64,000 nt of DNA, taken from the NCBI GenBank assembly GCA_044229845.1, contig JBGASG010000004.1, positions 288,001 to 352,000 of the forward strand. The letters are read 5' to 3'. The notes beneath the pieces are model-generated. The model saw nothing but the letters and a program-made list of their open reading frames with translations. It did not search any database and had not been told where the DNA came from. Positions 60,286 through 64,000 of the stretch are shown piece after piece. The translations under genes were made by a program, and so were the position numbers. Source of the DNA: Candidatus Obscuribacteraceae bacterium. Lineage in GTDB: Bacteria > Cyanobacteriota > Vampirovibrionia > Obscuribacterales > Obscuribacteraceae. How positions within the stretch are numbered: position 1 is the first letter of the stretch; each line of letters begins with the position of its first letter.

Positions 60286-61803
60286 TTATTGTTCTCCCGT
60301 TTTGGTTTCCCAGAGGGGCCAGTACTTTTCGTCGGCACACCAGCGAAACTGGCTACCGCGCTGGCTCAGCGCCACTTTTTTGGCAACCGGCTGCATGATC
60401 GATTCGCTGGCGCTGAAGTCCATGAAGTAACCGGCAGTGTTGAGAAACACAACCAGATCTCCCGGTTTTGGCAGCTTCCGCAAGTATGTCTTGTGTCGAT
60501 AAATGAGATCGCTTTCCAGGCAAAGGTTGCCCGAGAAGTAGACAGCGACTGGTTCTTCATCGGCGCCAGCCGGTTCTTGCTGATAGATGATCACCGGGTC
60601 TACAAAGATTTCCTGGTCAAGAAACGAGATGTCTTGCCGCTTCATGCGCAGCGAAACCAGCGTGTCCCCATTGCTGGAATCGCGCACAGAGAGAACCTCG
60701 GCGACGGTTAAGCCGACCTGGTCGAGAAGCGCGCGCCCCGGTTCTATCCAGAGCGCAATCATGTTGTCGCGAAGAAACTCCGCAGCAGTGACATCAGGAT
60801 TGTCGGGAAGCGGCTGCCGCAACATGTCGACGAGAAACGCCGGGCCGGTCGTGCCGTCGAAATAGTTGTAGCTGTTGAAGTTTCCTCGCAGCTTGCCCTG
60901 TTCGACATACATGCCGAAAGTGTTGCCCTGCCAGGCGAGCGTCGGACGCTGACCGAGCACTCCTTCTTTCAAGGCACTGGTGTAGGCATTCCACTCATTC
61001 TCGTCAGCCAGATAATTGACTTTGTAGCCGCCGCCGATGTTCAAAACACTGGGCTCGAAGCCGCGCGCCACCGCTTCTTCGAAGAGCTGCACGCAGTTTT
61101 CAATGGCGATCATGCGCTCTGGAACGCTCACCGTATCCAGGTGGAACGAGAAGCCCAGGAAGCGCAATTGCTCGCCGGACTCGGTCAATATGTCGAACGC
61201 CTCGCCCACCTTATCAATGCTGATGCCGAAGCGGCTGCCTTTGTTGAGGAAACGGGTGTGTGACGAGCGAAACCCGCAGAGTCTCAGCAAAATTGGCGTG
61301 CTCGGAGCCTGAGGCAATGACTTGCGCAGCGTGAGCAAGAGCTTAAGCTCTTCGATGCTGTCGATAGAAACTGTCACGCCGTGCTGGATGCATACAAAAA
61401 GAAACTCCGGAGTCTTCGGTCCGGTCGCTTCAATGCGCTTACCTTCGAATCCGGAAGCGAGGGCATGCCCGAGCTCATTCACCGAAGAAACATCAATGCA
61501 GGCATCGGATGAAAGCGCCAGCTGCCTGACGACGGAATCCGAGCGGTTGCATTTGTGCGCGAAGAACACGCGCCCCTGCAGTTGCAGTTTCTTGAATGCG
61601 TCCTTGAAGCCCTGGACATTCGCAGTCACCAACTCGGGCAGCAAGACATTGAGCGGGCTGCCCAGCGCGCCGGTCAATTCGGTGAGCAACCGGCGATTGT
61701 CGAGCACAGCGCTGACACCAGGGACAACCCTGGCAGTCAGCGGCAATGCCGACTGCTTTGCCGCTTCTTCTGTCGCGACGCACTTTTCGTCCAACAAAGT
61801 CAT
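60286..61803 (-). CDS. fold-III PLP decarboxylase (Y4yA/LysA-like)
   Basis: FAHKCN, DVSS..EL, SRFG, FHLD, NIGGG, EPGRAL, GNLCLESD, NTAGY. Confidence 0.85.
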   Translation of the reverse strand: MTLLDEKCVATEEAAKQSALPLTARVVPGVSAVLDNRRLLTELTGALGSPLNVLLPELVTANVQGFKDAFKKLQLQGRVFFAHKCNRSDSVVRQLALSSDACIDVSSVNELGHALASGFEGKRIEATGPKTPEFLFVCIQHGVTVSIDSIEELKLLLTLRKSLPQAPSTPILLRLCGFRSSHTRFLNKGSRFGISIDKVGEAFDILTESGEQLRFLGFSFHLDTVSVPERMIAIENCVQLFEEAVARGFEPSVLNIGGGYKVNYLADENEWNAYTSALKEGVLGQRPTLAWQGNTFGMYVEQGKLRGNFNSYNYFDGTTGPAFLVDMLRQPLPDNPDVTAAEFLRDNMIALWIEPGRALLDQVGLTVAEVLSVRDSSNGDTLVSLRMKRQDISFLDQEIFVDPVIIYQQEPAGADEEPVAVYFSGNLCLESDLIYRHKTYLRKLPKPGDLVVFLNTAGYFMDFSASESIMQPVAKKVALSQRGSQFRWCADEKYWPLWETKTGEQ

Positions 61804-61814
61804 TGCGCTTCTCC

Positions 61815-62807
61815 TTAGACGGTCACGAGGTTTGCCGACGATGCCTGCATGATGGCTTTGTCGAGCGCCACCGCGTAGGAAAACTCGGCATCGAGGTCGG
61901 CATCGAGAGCGGTGCCGTAGTAGTCGTTGTACCAGTCGGCGCAGACCTTAGAGTGCGTAGTCTGCAAGAGCTCGAGATACTGATCCCAATCGCGCGTGCG
62001 CTCCGTCAAGATTTGCAGGCACTTCTCGAAAGCCTGTTCTTGCTCTTTGTGGAAGCGCTCCAGCGCCGCGCTGTCACCCTGCTCGAAATGCTTGAGATGT
62101 TTGGAGTTCGGAATGTATCCGATGACGCGATCGGCTGGTACATGCGACTCGATAAACGCTTTATCTTCCTCGCTGTCGACCTTGTTACCGATGACATAAA
62201 CGCGGTCAGCCAGTTGCGGAGCGATGGAAAGAAAGTCCTGGTAGACCTTCAAAGATTTCAAAGTCGGCTCGACAACAAAAACGTTGAGGTCATAGGCGAA
62301 CGAGAGCGAAGTCGCGACGTTGTCGGTACCGGCTGTCGTGTCGGCCACCACCATGTCGGTCGGACGATCGAGCATGTGGTGCATGATCGCCGCCAATCCG
62401 CGCAGCTTGGTGTGATAACAGGAGCCGCCGACGTCGGATTCTTTATATGTACCGACGGTGAGAAGCGAGATGTTGCCGCTGCGCAGCGCGTATTGCGACA
62501 CGAACGGATCGCGCTCGCTGACCATCACAAAATTCGATTGCATCGAAGGGGGAGTCGTACCTACCATGGGGCGCTCGCCCAGGTCGGCGCGCTGCCCGCG
62601 CAGATGTTCGAAAATCTGTTCGCAGACCTCGCCCAGTTCTTGCTTCTCGCCGACCACGTCGCTCAGGCTGAGAGCGCTCAACAAATGTGCATTAACGTCG
62701 GCGTCAATCGCCAACACAAACGGGAAGCGCGCCGCGACGAACTTCACGAACCCGGCAGCAGTAGTGGTTTTTCCGGCGCCACCTTTTCCCAAAAACGCAA
62801 CTCTCAT
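61815..62807 (-). CDS. CooC/MinD-like P-loop ATPase
   Basis: Deviant Walker A GKGGAGKTT, IDAD, GGSCYH, DTTAG, VVEPT, GNKV. Confidence 0.85.
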   Translation of the reverse strand: MRVAFLGKGGAGKTTTAAGFVKFVAARFPFVLAIDADVNAHLLSALSLSDVVGEKQELGEVCEQIFEHLRGQRADLGERPMVGTTPPSMQSNFVMVSERDPFVSQYALRSGNISLLTVGTYKESDVGGSCYHTKLRGLAAIMHHMLDRPTDMVVADTTAGTDNVATSLSFAYDLNVFVVEPTLKSLKVYQDFLSIAPQLADRVYVIGNKVDSEEDKAFIESHVPADRVIGYIPNSKHLKHFEQGDSAALERFHKEQEQAFEKCLQILTERTRDWDQYLELLQTTHSKVCADWYNDYYGTALDADLDAEFSYAVALDKAIMQASSANLVTV

Positions 62808-62822
62808 GTTTCCTCCGAATCT

Positions 62823-64000
62823 CTATGGATGACTGTGCAAAACTGAAAACCACGGCAGCAGCACTGCATCAGTAAAGTGATACGAGGCGCGCGGTTTCAA
62901 AATGGTGTGGGGATTTTCTTTTATGTGTTTGTAGATGCCGTGGTGGCAGGCAAGAATTGCCTGTCCGCTGTCGTACGTTTCTTTCTGAACAGCGCCGGAC
63001 AGATACTCCGGTAGGGGCACCACCGGGATGTTGAGAATTGCCGACCGCGCCCGCAGAATGGGACGCAAAGCGGCATCCAAGCGTGACGCTCGTTCTGGCT
63101 CGGCAAGAAACGAGGACAGATGCGACATCAACTCAAATGCCAGGGCAGGCGTCGGCTTCTCGCGCTCGACAAACTCCGCCATCCGCTCCTGGAAGGAGCT
63201 TTCGGTCAATGACCAGGTTTCGTTCTGGCAGAAGTGGAGCGCATTCCAGAGCCAGCAGGATGTGAGGCGGTGATTGCCGTCGGACACGGTGTCGTATTCA
63301 TTTATGACAATCGGAGCAAACTTTGTCTGCCCGAGATTGAGCAGCTCTTCGAAAAGCCGGGTGTTCTCGCAGCGCTCAGTGAGCTGGATTTCTTTCAGGC
63401 GGCGCGAGAGCACGGTGACGAAGTTGCCATCAAACCAGGAAGCAAAGATCGAATCGCGTTGTTGTTGCATGGCCGAGAACGAAAGAAAGGCATCGATTTC
63501 GAACGCGGCCGCAGCCAACACATCGCGGCGGGTGAGCGCCGGAATCAGACTGACCAGCGAACGCAGTTGCGCAACGTGCAGATCAAATTGCCGCCCCTCG
63601 ACCGGCGCCGCATCCCAGCTGACGCGCACCAGATTTAAAGTCTCCAGTAATTTTTCCGCAGTGCCGGACACGCGAGCCGACCGCATAGACTGAACAATCG
63701 CATCGATCTGCTCTGCCCACTGCTGCGCACAGGAAACTTCGGCTTCGCTTGCGGGAAGGCATTGCGCTTCGACTTCGCACAATTCGGGAGCCGGCGCGTG
63801 GGTCCATGGCCAGCTCGCAGCCAAGTCGGACGAACAGCTGCCGGACAAGAGGACAGCCTGGCTCCAGCGAAATCGCGCGTCGCGCATCGCCATCGATTGC
63901 GCGAAAAATGAGGCACCGCGATCGCGGCTGATCGACTTGCGTCCGGGCGCGGGCACATATCGTCCCGGATAGATACCGGGAGGTTCAGCGCCTGCGACCA
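62823..64000 (-). CDS. hypothetical protein with ParB/sulfiredoxin-like motif, frame open to window end
   Basis: PIVINEYDTVSDGNHRL; no in-frame stop between 63956 and 64000. Confidence 0.55.
   Translation of the reverse strand, partial: VAGAEPPGIYPGRYVPAPGRKSISRDRGASFFAQSMAMRDARFRWSQAVLLSGSCSSDLAASWPWTHAPAPELCEVEAQCLPASEAEVSCAQQWAEQIDAIVQSMRSARVSGTAEKLLETLNLVRVSWDAAPVEGRQFDLHVAQLRSLVSLIPALTRRDVLAAAAFEIDAFLSFSAMQQQRDSIFASWFDGNFVTVLSRRLKEIQLTERCENTRLFEELLNLGQTKFAPIVINEYDTVSDGNHRLTSCWLWNALHFCQNETWSLTESSFQERMAEFVEREKPTPALAFELMSHLSSFLAEPERASRLDAALRPILRARSAILNIPVVPLPEYLSGAVQKETYDSGQAILACHHGIYKHIKENPHTILKPRASYHFTDAVLLPWFSVLHSHP

Noticed and set aside
61815..64000. ParA/ParB chromosome partition system
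   Set aside because: The ATPase is CooC-like, the partner has no evident HTH and no parS palindrome was seen; the context is metabolic.

Overview
GC-rich bacterial chromosomal window. The membrane Hanks kinases with TPR tails, a cyanobacterial-style CtpA N-terminus and a sigma/DUF1822-like pair suggest a non-photosynthetic cyanobacterial relative (Melainabacteria/Obscuribacterales-like); this is inference only. Ordinary content: dTDP-rhamnose genes (rfbA-B-D, rfbC) and glycosyltransferases, malic enzyme, a CusA/CzcA-type RND system, dnaG-rpoD, dihydropyrimidinase, murQ, a Cu(I) P-type ATPase and toxin-antitoxin genes. Two things stand out. (1) Two genes about 9 kb apart (4053-5255 and 13064-14129) share an 82-91 aa N-terminal domain I do not recognise (YEPKFKTFSG...FSIDYxxRKA). 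It is fused to unrelated toxin-like C-termini: a JAB/DUF4329-like domain, and a His-Gly...Cys caspase/C80-like domain split by a +1 frameshift. Each gene overlaps a membrane-protein gene, giving a candidate undescribed polymorphic effector family. (2) A tightly coupled operon of at least 8 genes (52939 to window end) encodes a ParB/Srx-motif protein, CooC-like ATPase, Y4yA-like PLP decarboxylase, cysteine synthase-rhodanese fusion, cysteine desulfurase, FAD oxidoreductase, GNAT-methyltransferase fusion and MFS transporter. It is a candidate sulfur-incorporating small-molecule pathway next to copper-export genes. Several enzymes have altered catalytic motifs. No rRNA, tRNA, CRISPR array or transposase was recognised. 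All family calls come from motifs read by eye; no database search was run.
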